A stretch of 55,371 nucleotides of DNA from contig JBIJCY010000001.1 of the NCBI GenBank assembly GCA_044344385.1, forward strand, positions 1 through 55,371. The letters run 5' to 3'. Positions 8,598 through 18,610 of the stretch are shown in pieces. A program made the translations under genes and the position numbers. Under the pieces are notes generated by a model. That model did no database searches, was not told the origin of the DNA, and was given only the letters and a program-made list of their open reading frames with translations. Each line of letters starts with the position of its first letter. Position 1 is the first letter of the stretch. This DNA comes from Rhodocyclaceae bacterium. Lineage in GTDB: Bacteria > Pseudomonadota > Gammaproteobacteria > Burkholderiales > Rhodocyclaceae.

Positions 8598-9658
8598 TGA
8601 ATTTACTGATCAAGGATTGGACAAACCGCATTCACGATGCCGCCGAGACCGGCCGGAAATTCAGCATTCGTGGGGGGGGTAGCAAGACTTTTTACGGCGC
8701 TGCCGAACAAGGCGAAGTGCTGGATGTCAGCGCTGTGCGTGGCATCGTGGCCTACGAGCCGACCGAACTGGTTGTCACGGCACGCGCCGGAACGCCACTT
8801 GCCGAACTGGAAGCCGCCTTGGCCGAAAAGGGTCAATGGCTGGCCTTTGAACCGCCACATTTTGCCCGAACAGCCACGGTCGGTGGCATGGTCGCCGCTG
8901 GTCTTTCCGGGCCACGCCGGCCGTCGGTGGGTGCAGTGCGCGATTTTGTACTCGGCGTAAAGCTGTTGAGTGGCAACGGCGAATTGCTGTCATTTGGTGG
9001 CCAGGTGATGAAGAACGTTGCCGGCTATGACGTGCCGCGTTTGATGGCCGGCAGCATGGGAACGCTCGGTGTGCTGCTTGAGGTTTCACTCAAAGTGTTG
9101 CCTGTGCCGGTGGCCGAGGCGACGCTGCGCTTTGCGATGAGTCAGGCTGAGGCGATCGAGCAACTCAATCGCTGGGGCGGTCAGCCGCTGCCCATTTCGG
9201 CCTCCGTGTGGTGTGACGGCGTGCTGACACTGCGTCTGTCGGGTGCCGCCGCTGCTGTGGCCGCTGCGCAGAAGACGCTGGGCGGCGAATCTTTGGCGGA
9301 TGCCGGTGTGTTCTGGACTTCGCTACGTGAGCAAACGCATGTTTTCTTTGCCGGCGAGGCGCCTCTCTGGCGCATTTCCGTTCCTTCGGTCACGCCGCAG
9401 CAAGGGCTGGGCTCGACCTTGGTCGAGTGGGGCGGTGCCTTGCGCTGGCTGCGTGGCGGTGACCCCTCGGCCATTCGTGCGGCGGCGGAGAAAGCCGGCG
9501 GCCACGCCACGTTGTTCCGTGCCGATGATGTGCTTAAAAATAGTGTTGGCGTTTTCCAGCCGCTGAGTACGCCACTTGCGCGCATCCATCGCAACCTCAA
9601 AAACGCTTTTGATCCGCATGGGGTTTTTAACCCCGGCCGGATGTACCCGGATTTCTGA
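8594..9658 (+). CDS. glcE: Glycolate oxidase FAD-binding subunit GlcE
   Basis: 354 aa, 4-nt overlap with glcD. Contains an FAD_binding_4-like region (GGGSK.FYG, VMKNVAGYD..RL..GS.GTLGV). Its position between glcD and glcF supports the call. Confidence 0.9.
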   Translation: MMNLLIKDWTNRIHDAAETGRKFSIRGGGSKTFYGAAEQGEVLDVSAVRGIVAYEPTELVVTARAGTPLAELEAALAEKGQWLAFEPPHFARTATVGGMVAAGLSGPRRPSVGAVRDFVLGVKLLSGNGELLSFGGQVMKNVAGYDVPRLMAGSMGTLGVLLEVSLKVLPVPVAEATLRFAMSQAEAIEQLNRWGGQPLPISASVWCDGVLTLRLSGAAAAVAAAQKTLGGESLADAGVFWTSLREQTHVFFAGEAPLWRISVPSVTPQQGLGSTLVEWGGALRWLRGGDPSAIRAAAEKAGGHATLFRADDVLKNSVGVFQPLSTPLARIHRNLKNAFDPHGVFNPGRMYPDF

Positions 9659-9660
9659 CC

Positions 9661-10908
9661 ATGCAAACCAATCTTGCCGATTTCATCAAGGATACCCCCG
9701 AGGGACGCGAGGCCGATGCCATTCTGCGCACCTGTGTGCATTGCGGCTTCTGCACTGCTGTCTGCCCCACTTATCAGTTGCTTGGTGATGAACTTGATGG
9801 GCCACGTGGTCGTATCTACCTGATCAAGCAGATGCTTGAAGGCCAGCCGGTCACCGAGAAAACGCAGCTTCATCTTGATCGCTGTCTGAGCTGCCGTTCG
9901 TGTGAGACGACCTGCCCGTCCGGCGTTAAATATCACCGTCTGCTCGATATCGGGCGTGACGTGATGGAGAAGCGCGTCGGGCGTTCACTGGTCGCTAAAG
10001 CTGTGCGTTTCCTGCTTAGTGAGGCATTGCCGCGGCCGTGGATCTTCAAGCCTGCGGTAAAGATGGGGCAGTTGGTTCGCCCGCTGTTGCCGAGCGTATT
10101 GGCCGATAAGGTGCCGATGGCGTCAGAAGCTGCAGTCAAGCCATGGCCACAGCCGCGCGCGCACAAACGGCGCATGATCGCGCTGGCCGGCTGCGTGCAG
10201 CCGACGCTGACGCCGAATACCAATGCCGCGACGGCACGCGTCCTCGATAAGCTCGGCATCGAGTTATTTGAGCCTGCCGGAGCAGGTTGCTGCGGTGCGT
10301 TGCGTTACCACATCAACGAACAGGAAAAAGCACTCGACGATATGCGTCGCGTGATCGACGCCTGGTGGCCGCATATCGAGAGCGGCAGCGTTGAAGGAAT
10401 TGTCATGACGGCGTCGGGCTGCGGTGCGCATGTGCTTGATTACGGCAGCCTGTTCAAGCACGACGCGGCCTACGCTGAAAAAGCAGCGCGTATTACAGCG
10501 CTGACGCGCGATGCCTCCGAGGTGATCGCCGCCGAAAAGGATCGTCTGGTTGAGTTGCTGCGCGCTGCCAGCGCCGGCGTTGGCAAGCGGGTGGCTTTCC
10601 ATTCGCCGTGTACGCTGCAGCATGGCCTGAAGATCCGGGGTGTCGTAGAATCACTGCTGGCTGCTGCCGGTTACGAGCTCTCACCGGTGGCTGATCCGCA
10701 TCTGTGCTGTGGTTCGGCGGGAACGTATTCAATTACCCAGCCCGAACTGTCTAAACAGTTGCGTGACAACAAGCTTGCGGCGCTGGGTGCCGGTTCGCCG
10801 GCAGTGTTTGTGACGGCCAATATTGGTTGCCAAACGCACCTGCAAAGCGGCAGCGCGACACCGGTGCTGCACTGGATCGAACTGATCGACGAGAGGCTGG
10901 GCAACTAA
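9661..10908 (+). CDS. glcF: Glycolate oxidase iron-sulfur subunit GlcF
   Basis: 415 aa. Two ferredoxin-type Cys clusters (CVHCGFCTAVCPTY, CLSCRSCETTCPSGV) and C-terminal CCG repeats (CCGALRY, CCGSAGTY). Confidence 0.93.
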   Translation: MQTNLADFIKDTPEGREADAILRTCVHCGFCTAVCPTYQLLGDELDGPRGRIYLIKQMLEGQPVTEKTQLHLDRCLSCRSCETTCPSGVKYHRLLDIGRDVMEKRVGRSLVAKAVRFLLSEALPRPWIFKPAVKMGQLVRPLLPSVLADKVPMASEAAVKPWPQPRAHKRRMIALAGCVQPTLTPNTNAATARVLDKLGIELFEPAGAGCCGALRYHINEQEKALDDMRRVIDAWWPHIESGSVEGIVMTASGCGAHVLDYGSLFKHDAAYAEKAARITALTRDASEVIAAEKDRLVELLRAASAGVGKRVAFHSPCTLQHGLKIRGVVESLLAAAGYELSPVADPHLCCGSAGTYSITQPELSKQLRDNKLAALGAGSPAVFVTANIGCQTHLQSGSATPVLHWIELIDERLGN

Positions 10909-10918
10909 AAAGGCAAGT

Positions 10919-11794
10919 ATGGCATTCGACAAGGCAATCCTGGCGACGCTTTCCGATAGCGAGAATGTCGCGGTAAATCGATTGCTCGAAAAGGGGGTGA
11001 AAATCCCCCTGCAGCCGCGTGTGCTTGATGAGTTGCAGCAGTTCGTCATGCGCGGCGACACTGATCTTCGCGTGCTGTCTCGCATTGTTTCTGCCGACCC
11101 GGGAATCAGCGCGATGCTGTTCAAGGTTGTGCAAAGTGCGGCCTATCACCGCTATCAGCCGTTTGCGTCGATCGAACACATCCTGCAAGCCGTTGGCATC
11201 AAGCAGACGTGTAATCTGGTGCAGGCCATCGCCATCGCTTCAGCGTTGCCGAGCAAGAATAACCAGAAGGCTTTTGAGGCTTTTTGGGCGCGTTCTCAGG
11301 CGATTGCCCAGTTGGCCATGCTGATCGCCGACGAGCGTATCTCGGTGTGCAATATATTCCCAGATCAGGCTTATCTTGCCGGTGTTTTTCACGATTGCGG
11401 TGTGCCGGTGCTGATGCAGCGTTTTTCAACGTATTGCAAAAGCATGCGTTTGGAGGAACCGGGTTGCTGGGCGAATATTTTTGAAGAAGATGTGCGCTTC
11501 AGCGCCGACCACTGCGTGATCGGCTATCTGGTTGGCAGGCATTGGAAACTGCCGGATTTTATTTGTGACGCGATCCGCTTTCACCACGACATCAAACACC
11601 TGGGAAACCACGCGGCGCGGACGATGGTCTCCATCCTGCAACTGGCGATTTATGTCTATTGTCGGGATCTGAACATAGGCAATGCTGAATGGGAATTCGT
11701 TCGCAAGGAGGTTCTTGAAGAACTGGGTATTCATGAGCAGGAACTGCCGGAGTTGATTGATGTGGTTCTTGAACGTTACAACAGCGCTGTTTAG
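10919..11794 (+). CDS. HDOD domain-containing signalling protein
   Basis: 291 aa, 10 nt after glcF. HDOD-like pattern (LPLQPRVLDEL..., IVSADPGISAMLFKVVQSA, ILQAVGIKQT, AGVFHDCGVPVLMQRF, IRFHHD). Confidence 0.8.
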   Translation: MAFDKAILATLSDSENVAVNRLLEKGVKIPLQPRVLDELQQFVMRGDTDLRVLSRIVSADPGISAMLFKVVQSAAYHRYQPFASIEHILQAVGIKQTCNLVQAIAIASALPSKNNQKAFEAFWARSQAIAQLAMLIADERISVCNIFPDQAYLAGVFHDCGVPVLMQRFSTYCKSMRLEEPGCWANIFEEDVRFSADHCVIGYLVGRHWKLPDFICDAIRFHHDIKHLGNHAARTMVSILQLAIYVYCRDLNIGNAEWEFVRKEVLEELGIHEQELPELIDVVLERYNSAV

Positions 11795-11814
11795 CACTTT
11801 TTACCGGGCCTGCC

Positions 11815-13503
11815 ATGAATTTCAATAAAGACGCCACGAGCTATTCAGCGTTCTGCGAGTCCTTCCGCTGGGAGGTGCCTGAGCGCTTCAACATCGGTGT
11901 CGATGTCTGCGCTCGCTGGGCAGAAGACCGCAGTCGTTTCGCGCTGTATTACGAGGATGAGGATGGCTTCACTTCGGCGCACTCTTTCTGGGACATCCAG
12001 CGCGAAGCCAACCGGCTTTCCAACGCGCTGGCTGCGCTCGGCACGCTACGCGGTGACCGTGTCGCGATCATGCTGCCGCAGTGTCCGGAGACGGCGATTG
12101 CGCATGTGGCGATTTATCAGATGGGCGCGGTGGCGGTTCCCTTGTCGCATCTGTTCGGCCCCGACGCGCTGGAGTTCCGGTTGGCCAACGCCGGTGCGCA
12201 TGTGGCGATTGTTGATGACACAACCTTGCCAAAGCTTGCCGGGCTGCGTGACCGTTTGCCACATCTCAAGCACGTGATCGGCGTCGGTCAACTGGAGGTG
12301 CATGGCGTCAAGTCGTGGAACGCGGTACTTGAGCACGCATCAACGCGCTATACGCCAACTGATACCGCCGCCGACGATCCGGCGATGATCATCTATACCA
12401 GTGGTACGACGGGCAACGCGAAGGGTGCGCTGATGGCGCATCGCACGCTGATTGGCAACCTGACGGGCTATGTCTGCTCGCACGATTTTTTCCCGCAGCC
12501 GCGCGACATGTTCTGGTCGCCGGCCGACTGGGCGTGGACCGGTGGCTTGTGGGACGTGCTTCTGCCCACCTGGCATTTCGGCATGCCGCTCCTTGCCTAC
12601 AAGGGGCGCTTCGATGCGCAGAAGGCATTTGTGCTGATGGAGAAGTACGGGGTACGTAACACCTTCCTGTTCCCCACCGCGCTGAAAATGATGATGAAAG
12701 CGGTGCCTGACCCGCAAGCCACCTACGATCTCGATCTGCGCAGCATCATGAGCGCCGGTGAGCCGGTCGGTGAAGCTGTTTTTCACTGGGCAAAGGAAAA
12801 GCTTGGCGTTAGCATCAACGAGATGTTCGGGCAGACTGAGATGAATTACGTGGTCGGCAACTGCGCCGCCCAATGGGCGCCGAAGCCGGGCGCCATGGGG
12901 CGTGGCTACCCCGGACATCGCGTTGCCATCGTTGATGCCGATGGTAATCAACTGCCGGCAGGTGAAGTCGGTGAGGTGGCCGTACATCGGCAGTGCAATG
13001 GCCAGAACGACCCGGTGATCATGCTCGAATACTGGAAAAATCCGGAAGCAACGGCGGAGAAATTTGTCGGCATTGGTGAAAATGCGGGTTGGGGTCTCAC
13101 CGGTGATCTGGCGAAGGCGGATGAGGACGGTTATCTCTGGTATCAGGGACGATCCGATGATATGTTCAAGAGCGGCGGCTATCGCATCGGCCCGTCCGAG
13201 ATCGAGAACTGTTTGCTCAAGCATCAGGCGGTTGCCAACTGTGCTGTTATTGGCGTGCCTGATGAGGCGCGTGGCACCGTGGTCAAGGCTTTTGTCGTGC
13301 TGCAGCAGGGGGTAGCCGCTACGCCGGATCTGGTGGCTGAGATGCAGCAGCATGTTCGTCAGTATCTGGCACCCTACGAAACGCCGAAGGCGATAGAATT
13401 CATCGACGCGTTGCCAATGACCACCAGCGGCAAAGTTCAGCGACGTGTGCTCCGTGCCCGTGAGGCAGAGTGCAATCAACCAGCAAACGGGAGCAGCGCA
13501 TGA
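11815..13503 (+). CDS. AMP-forming acyl-CoA synthetase (AMP-binding family, medium-chain/ACSM-like)
   Basis: 562 aa. AMP-binding core motifs IIYTSGTTGNAKG, GQTE, TGDL...DEDGYLWYQGRSDDM and SGGYRIGPSEIE, plus the C-terminal TSGKVQRR lysine motif. Confidence 0.85.
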   Translation: MNFNKDATSYSAFCESFRWEVPERFNIGVDVCARWAEDRSRFALYYEDEDGFTSAHSFWDIQREANRLSNALAALGTLRGDRVAIMLPQCPETAIAHVAIYQMGAVAVPLSHLFGPDALEFRLANAGAHVAIVDDTTLPKLAGLRDRLPHLKHVIGVGQLEVHGVKSWNAVLEHASTRYTPTDTAADDPAMIIYTSGTTGNAKGALMAHRTLIGNLTGYVCSHDFFPQPRDMFWSPADWAWTGGLWDVLLPTWHFGMPLLAYKGRFDAQKAFVLMEKYGVRNTFLFPTALKMMMKAVPDPQATYDLDLRSIMSAGEPVGEAVFHWAKEKLGVSINEMFGQTEMNYVVGNCAAQWAPKPGAMGRGYPGHRVAIVDADGNQLPAGEVGEVAVHRQCNGQNDPVIMLEYWKNPEATAEKFVGIGENAGWGLTGDLAKADEDGYLWYQGRSDDMFKSGGYRIGPSEIENCLLKHQAVANCAVIGVPDEARGTVVKAFVVLQQGVAATPDLVAEMQQHVRQYLAPYETPKAIEFIDALPMTTSGKVQRRVLRAREAECNQPANGSSA

Positions 13504-13808
13504 GTGAGCAAGTAGAGGGTTCTGGTGACAAGGCTGCAGCCACCGAGCGACGGCGCAATCAGCGGCTGCGGTCGGTTTTTGATACGGCCTTTGTCATGAT
13601 CGAACCTTTCTTTGATCCGGCGCAGGGTTGGGGAGGGCATTCGCTCGAACACCTGGCGTTTCGTGTGGTGCGCGAGAATTTCCCCGAGCTGACCAGTGAG
13701 GAAGTGCACGCGCTGGTGGTTGCTGCGCATCGTGTCTATATACAGCGCAATCCGGGCGGCAGCAATCATTTGCCGCGTCCGGAAGAGCTTCGGCGACCGA
13801 AGCTCTGA
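13500..13808 (+). CDS. Hypothetical protein (102 aa), translationally coupled to the acyl-CoA synthetase gene
   Basis: ATGA start/stop overlap with the preceding gene. No domain recognised (MSEQVEGSGDKAAATERRRNQRLRSVFDTAF...). Confidence 0.55.
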   Translation: MSEQVEGSGDKAAATERRRNQRLRSVFDTAFVMIEPFFDPAQGWGGHSLEHLAFRVVRENFPELTSEEVHALVVAAHRVYIQRNPGGSNHLPRPEELRRPKL

Positions 13809-13884
13809 GACGGCTTTGTCCTGCTTCTCCGGAAAACCACTACGCCAAACGTGATACTCTTTCGGGCACGGAGGATGGACTGTA

Positions 13885-14661
13885 ATGCCCATAACAATTG
13901 ATGCCTGCGTCGCCCAACATCAGGGCGACCGCAAGGAGCAGCAGGACAGGTTGGCGATTTTGCCGCACCCCAAGGGTGGTGGCGTGGTGCTCGCAGTGGT
14001 CGCCGACGGAATGGGTGGCCATACCGGCGGGATTCTTGCCGCCCAGCAGGTGATTCACACCGCACGCAACAATCTTGAACATTTCTCGGCGCGCACTGAA
14101 TCTGCCAGCAACATGCTCAAAGAGAGTATTGGCGAAGCGCACATGATGATCAAGGCATCGCGCTTCATGAATGAAAAAGACCCGCACAGCACGGCAGTGA
14201 TGCTTGTGCTGCAACCTGGCAAAGTGAGCTGGGCGCACTGTGGCGATAGCCGGCTCTACCGTTTTCGTGGCGATCAGCTGTTTTTTCGCAGTACCGATCA
14301 TTCTTACGTTGAGCAGTTGGTTCGGCAGGGGAAGATTACAGCCGAACAGGCGCTCGTTCATCCCAACCGCAACATTCTGATTACCTCACTGGGCGGCGGC
14401 GAGCCGCCGAAAATTGACGTGGGTGAGGCGGAAGACTTGCAGGGCGGTGACAGTTTTCTGCTTTGCTCGGACGGGCTTTGGGGCTATTTCAGCGACGCCG
14501 AGCTGGGAGGAGTGATTGCCGCCTTTTCGGCGCGCGAGGCGTGCGAGTTGCTGATCAGCCGCGCGCGCGCCCGGGCCAGTGGCGAGGGCGACAATATTTC
14601 AGTCGCCATTCTTAAACTCGTGGAAGTGCCAGAGACAAAAAAGCCGGTTGGAATTAAGTAG
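13885..14661 (+). CDS. PP2C-family Ser/Thr protein phosphatase
   Basis: 258 aa with a GGAGGA RBS upstream. PP2C motifs are RKEQQD, VVADGMGGHTGG, WAHCGDSRLY and LLCSDGLW. Confidence 0.85.
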   Translation: MPITIDACVAQHQGDRKEQQDRLAILPHPKGGGVVLAVVADGMGGHTGGILAAQQVIHTARNNLEHFSARTESASNMLKESIGEAHMMIKASRFMNEKDPHSTAVMLVLQPGKVSWAHCGDSRLYRFRGDQLFFRSTDHSYVEQLVRQGKITAEQALVHPNRNILITSLGGGEPPKIDVGEAEDLQGGDSFLLCSDGLWGYFSDAELGGVIAAFSAREACELLISRARARASGEGDNISVAILKLVEVPETKKPVGIK

Positions 14662-14672
14662 TCGACCGGAAT

Positions 14673-14733
14673 AAAACCTCACCGCCGAGACGTCCTGCTG
14701 CAGGACACCTTGGCGGTGAGGTTTTGTTTTTTT
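14673..14733. terminator. Bidirectional rho-independent terminator between the convergent PP2C and rhlE genes
   Basis: AAAACCTCACCGCC (14673-14686) pairs with GGCGGTGAGGTTTT (14712-14725). There is an inner palindrome GTCCTG-CTG-CAGGAC. A T-rich run follows on the + strand and an A-rich run precedes it. Confidence 0.7.
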
Positions 14734-14743
14734 ACAGGATTGC

Positions 14744-16234
14744 CTACTTGCGGCCCAGTCCGCCAAGTAGCGACGCAACCAGGCGACGCGGTTTGTGCGG
14801 GTGTTCCATGTGCGCGACGACCTGGGCGGTTTCGGTGTCGGCTGGTGCGGCGACCGGGTGCGGCTCGGCGGACTCGTAAGGTTTGCTGAAATCAAAGCCG
14901 TCGGCGGCGATGTGGCTCTGGCGCCTGCTGCTGCCACTGCTTCTGCCGGGACTGCTGCTACCCGTGCTTTGACTTGGTGCGCGCTCGCGGCGGACTGGTG
15001 CTGCTGCCGGTGCGACGGCGGCCGGTGGCGCTGGCGGGCGGCGGTGGTGCCCCTTTTTGCCACTCGGCGGGTAGTCGTAGTCGTATTCCGGTTCAAAACC
15101 CGGTACCAAAACCTGTTCGACCTGGATCTTGATCAGTTTTTCGATATCGACCAGGTATTGGACTTCATGTGCCGAAACCAGCGAAATCGCGGTTCCCTGC
15201 TTGCCGGCACGGCCGGTGCGGCCGATGCGGTGAACGTAATCTTCCGGGGTGTGCGGCAACTCGAAGTTGATGACGTGCGGCAGTTCGTCAATATCGAGGC
15301 CGCGCGCGGCGACGTCGGTGGCGACCAGCACCAGTACCGAACCATCCTTGAAGGCTTCCAGCGCCTTCAGGCGCTCGAGCTGGCTCTTGTCGCCGTGAAT
15401 CGAGTCGGCCTTGATGCCGGCCTTGACCAGTTCGCGCGCCAGCTTGTTGGTTTCGATCTTGGTGCGGGTGAATACCAGCACCTGATTGAAATCGGATGAC
15501 CTGAGTAGTTTAACGAGCAGCGCGCGCTTGCTCTCGGCGGCAACGGGGTGCACGCGGTGCGTGATTGTTTCCGACACGGTATTGCGTTTGGCAACTTCAA
15601 TCAGCACCGGCGCCTTGAGCATCTTGTCGGCCAGCTTTTTGATCTCTTCGGAGAAAGTTGCGGAGAAGAGCAGGCTCTGGCGCTGCTGTGGCAGCAGGTT
15701 GAGGATGCGCGTTACGTCCGGAACAAATCCCATGTCGAGCATGCGGTCGGCTTCGTCGAGAACGAGCGCCTGCACGCTGCCGAAATTAAGACATTTCTGT
15801 TCGACCAGATCAAGCAGGCGCCCCGGTGTGGCGACCAGTACTTCGACGCCAAGGCGGATTTCAGCGATCTGTGGCTTGATATCGACGCCGCCGTACACAC
15901 AGAGGCTGCGGATCGGAACGTATTTGCTGTAGGTCTTGACCGATTCATGCACCTGAATCGCCAGTTCGCGCGTTGGCGCGAGCATCAGTACGCGTACTGG
16001 ATGGCGCGCTGGCGAGGGGCTGGGGCTGGCGAAGGGGAGAATGCGCTGGAGCAGTGGCAGGGTGAAGGCAGCGGTTTTGCCGGTACCGGTCTGGGCGCCG
16101 CCCATCAGGTCTTTGCCGGAGAGGACAATCGGGATCGCCTGCGCCTGGATCGGTGTCGGGTCGGTGTAACCCTGTTCGGTAATGGCTCTCAGCAGTTCGG
16201 GCGCAAGGCCGAGTTCGTCAAAACGCATCGGCAA
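14744..16234 (-). CDS. rhlE: DEAD-box ATP-dependent RNA helicase (RhlE-like) with a basic, low-complexity C-terminal tail
   Basis: 496 aa. Q-motif (PTPIQ), [18 protein letters not shown] (LDEADRM), SAT and [10 protein letters not shown]. Confidence 0.9.
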   Translation of the reverse strand: MPMRFDELGLAPELLRAITEQGYTDPTPIQAQAIPIVLSGKDLMGGAQTGTGKTAAFTLPLLQRILPFASPSPSPARHPVRVLMLAPTRELAIQVHESVKTYSKYVPIRSLCVYGGVDIKPQIAEIRLGVEVLVATPGRLLDLVEQKCLNFGSVQALVLDEADRMLDMGFVPDVTRILNLLPQQRQSLLFSATFSEEIKKLADKMLKAPVLIEVAKRNTVSETITHRVHPVAAESKRALLVKLLRSSDFNQVLVFTRTKIETNKLARELVKAGIKADSIHGDKSQLERLKALEAFKDGSVLVLVATDVAARGLDIDELPHVINFELPHTPEDYVHRIGRTGRAGKQGTAISLVSAHEVQYLVDIEKLIKIQVEQVLVPGFEPEYDYDYPPSGKKGHHRRPPAPPAAVAPAAAPVRRERAPSQSTGSSSPGRSSGSSRRQSHIAADGFDFSKPYESAEPHPVAAPADTETAQVVAHMEHPHKPRRLVASLLGGLGRK

Positions 16235-16294
16235 CGCCTTTAAATAAATTTGTAATCAATAGCATAGGGGCGTAATTATACACCCTTCACTGGT

Positions 16295-18421
16295 TCATGC
16301 TCCGCCCAGCTGGCTGATCGCACGTTCGGTGGCCAAGTCGAAAATTGCCAGCGATGAAACAACCTTGGCCCGCGCATCACGCAGTTGCTGATCCAGCACC
16401 GCAGGCGCCAAAGCCACCGCGTAGCCCCAGTCCGGGTTGAAAAGAAGCGTACTGCCCGATTGCGGGTTCTGCCAGCAGACCATGCCGCACAGCGGGTCGT
16501 TGTTATCCATGCTGAATTGCAGCCAGCTGCCGGTCTGCACGCCGCTTACCGGCTTGCGGTAGGCGGAAAGAGTGTGCCCCGGGATGCTCAGGATTTTCAG
16601 TTGGAAACCATCCACCTCCAGCAGGGAGGTAATGACGTCGGCTCCCGGAATGGTGTCCGACTGTGGTGAAGAGGGTGAGGGAGTGGCCGGCGTTACCGGG
16701 GGCGCAGGATTGCCGCGCAGCGCGGCGGTTTGCAGTGCAAAACAGGTGTCCATGAAGGCGGCTCGCTCTGCGGTCGGTGTGCCGATGCGGTCCAACCCGG
16801 CGCTGATCCGCTTGAGCAGACTCGGTAGCAGGCTGGCCAGACGCTTGCGGTCGTCCACGCTTTGCTTGGGTTGTATGCTCCACAGCAGGTCGACGATCGT
16901 GGCGTGGTTTTCCTGCCAGAGGTTGTTGTTGTCGTTATCGTCACCACTGGATACTTCCATGATGTACACCCAGTATTGGCGCAGAAAGTCGAGAATCTCT
17001 GCTGCGACGCCTTGTGCCTCAATGCCTTGCAGCCAGGTCCGGGCTGCCAGCGTGGCTTTTTCGGACGATTCCTTTTCGCGCAAGAGCAGGATGTAGGGCT
17101 GTGCTGCGGTTTGTACGGCAAGGTCGCGCTCGGCGATCAATGCCTCGAGTTCGGCGAGCGGTGCAGTGAGGACGGAAGCGTCTCTCTGCAGGGTCTCGGC
17201 GACCGTACTGGCCAGTTGCCACAAGCGAGTCGATACCGGGTGCGACCGGCTGACGTTGCGCGGCAGGCCAAGTGATGCTCTGCCCATACCGTTGATCAAA
17301 CGATGAGCCGGATGCTCGGTATCGGAAAAAAGCGACGGGTCGAAAATGGCGAGTTTGAGCAGAGGAATTTGCAGGCGGCCGATGGTCGTTTTGATCGTGT
17401 CCGGCAAGTCCCAGATGTCAAAAATGGCTTCAAATATATGCGCCATGGTGTCCAGCGCGATGGCTTCTGACTTGCCCAGCGGTACGTCAAGATCCTTGGC
17501 CCTGACGGTGCGTAGCGGCATCGTTTCATCACTGTTGGATGCGCCTGCCGACAGGCTTTGGCCGAGCGGGCCGGAGAGTTCAAGCTGGTCGAGGCGCGCC
17601 GCCAACTGGTTGAGCATGACCAGCGTGGCGGCATTGAGCGCCATGTTGCCTGCGGATGCGTTGCCACCCCCGGCGGAGAACTCGATCGCACCCCCTTCTG
17701 TGCAGCCCATTTGCTGAGTGAGCATATTTTGCAAAGCCGACAGCGGATTGTTTTTTCCTGCAGCGTTGGTCGAGGTCTGCGCGTTTTGGGTGCTTTGGGC
17801 ACCTTGAGTGGTGCCGGCTTGCCGATTACTGCCAGTCGATACGATTTTTGATTGCGCCGGGTCGACATTGCGGCTGGCCAGCAGGTCGTTCAAAGCACCG
17901 TAAAGTTCGGGTAGTTGCAGTTCGAGGAGTTCTTCAAGGCGGTCGAGCAGGTCGAAGTTGCCTTCGAGACCGGCACCGCTGGATCGGCAGATGGCCCACA
18001 AACCCTGGCAGATGGTTTCCGGGCCGATCGGGTTATCTTCCGGCGCCATTGCTGGGCGGCGGAGCAGCGTCATGTAACGCAGATGCGCTTTCCACAGGTC
18101 TTTGCCGCCGATGTCGATGAGTTTTCTGGAAATTTCGCCAATGCGGATTTCCAGTTCGAGGTCATCGTCGCCCATCAGTGTGATGCGTGATGAGGTGAGC
18201 CCGTGTGTCTGCTCGAAGCCGTCGCGTTGATTCGAGGCGGCCAGTTCATCGTGTGCTTCGCCGAGTGCCTGGGTAAAGGCTTCGATGACTGGCTGAGCGG
18301 TGACACCGGCCAGACGTACGATTTCCGTCAGGCGACGTTGAAACAGCGTGCGGCTGTCGCGCAGAATGAAGAACGGGTCTTCAGATGCGCTGTCGGTCGG
18401 TGTGTTGGTCGGCAAATTCAT
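16295..18421 (-). CDS. DUF1631-family protein (large conserved hypothetical)
   Basis: 708 aa. Overall architecture and the C-terminal G.W..F......C..V.W.NP....LLFN module resemble DUF1631 proteins as I remember them. No catalytic motif recognised. Confidence 0.55.
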   Translation of the reverse strand: MNLPTNTPTDSASEDPFFILRDSRTLFQRRLTEIVRLAGVTAQPVIEAFTQALGEAHDELAASNQRDGFEQTHGLTSSRITLMGDDDLELEIRIGEISRKLIDIGGKDLWKAHLRYMTLLRRPAMAPEDNPIGPETICQGLWAICRSSGAGLEGNFDLLDRLEELLELQLPELYGALNDLLASRNVDPAQSKIVSTGSNRQAGTTQGAQSTQNAQTSTNAAGKNNPLSALQNMLTQQMGCTEGGAIEFSAGGGNASAGNMALNAATLVMLNQLAARLDQLELSGPLGQSLSAGASNSDETMPLRTVRAKDLDVPLGKSEAIALDTMAHIFEAIFDIWDLPDTIKTTIGRLQIPLLKLAIFDPSLFSDTEHPAHRLINGMGRASLGLPRNVSRSHPVSTRLWQLASTVAETLQRDASVLTAPLAELEALIAERDLAVQTAAQPYILLLREKESSEKATLAARTWLQGIEAQGVAAEILDFLRQYWVYIMEVSSGDDNDNNNLWQENHATIVDLLWSIQPKQSVDDRKRLASLLPSLLKRISAGLDRIGTPTAERAAFMDTCFALQTAALRGNPAPPVTPATPSPSSPQSDTIPGADVITSLLEVDGFQLKILSIPGHTLSAYRKPVSGVQTGSWLQFSMDNNDPLCGMVCWQNPQSGSTLLFNPDWGYAVALAPAVLDQQLRDARAKVVSSLAIFDLATERAISQLGGA

Positions 18422-18610
18422 GGCGCTCTCGCGGTGCAGGCTTTCGTATGGAACGAGGCTTGCGAATTGTGGTCAATGGCACTGCGCTGATTATAGTCGA
18501 GCCAATGCCGTGGCGTTGCATTAACATTCTTCTGTAAGCATACGGTTTTTCAGGGGTTTTGGCGATAATTGGCTGAGCTGGCATGGCGTTGTACAAAATT
18601 AGGAAACAGG

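Noticed and set aside
12340-13479. 379-aa ORF on the minus strand
   Set aside because: It is antisense to the acyl-CoA synthetase gene, which has all AMP-binding core motifs. It is a low-complexity Arg/His/Leu-rich shadow ORF.
18583-18598. Sigma-54-like TGGCATGGCGTTGTAC upstream of tas
   Set aside because: The GG/GC spacing is off by one relative to TGGCAC-N5-TTGC. The site would sit only about 13 nt from the start codon, and no bEBP gene is nearby.
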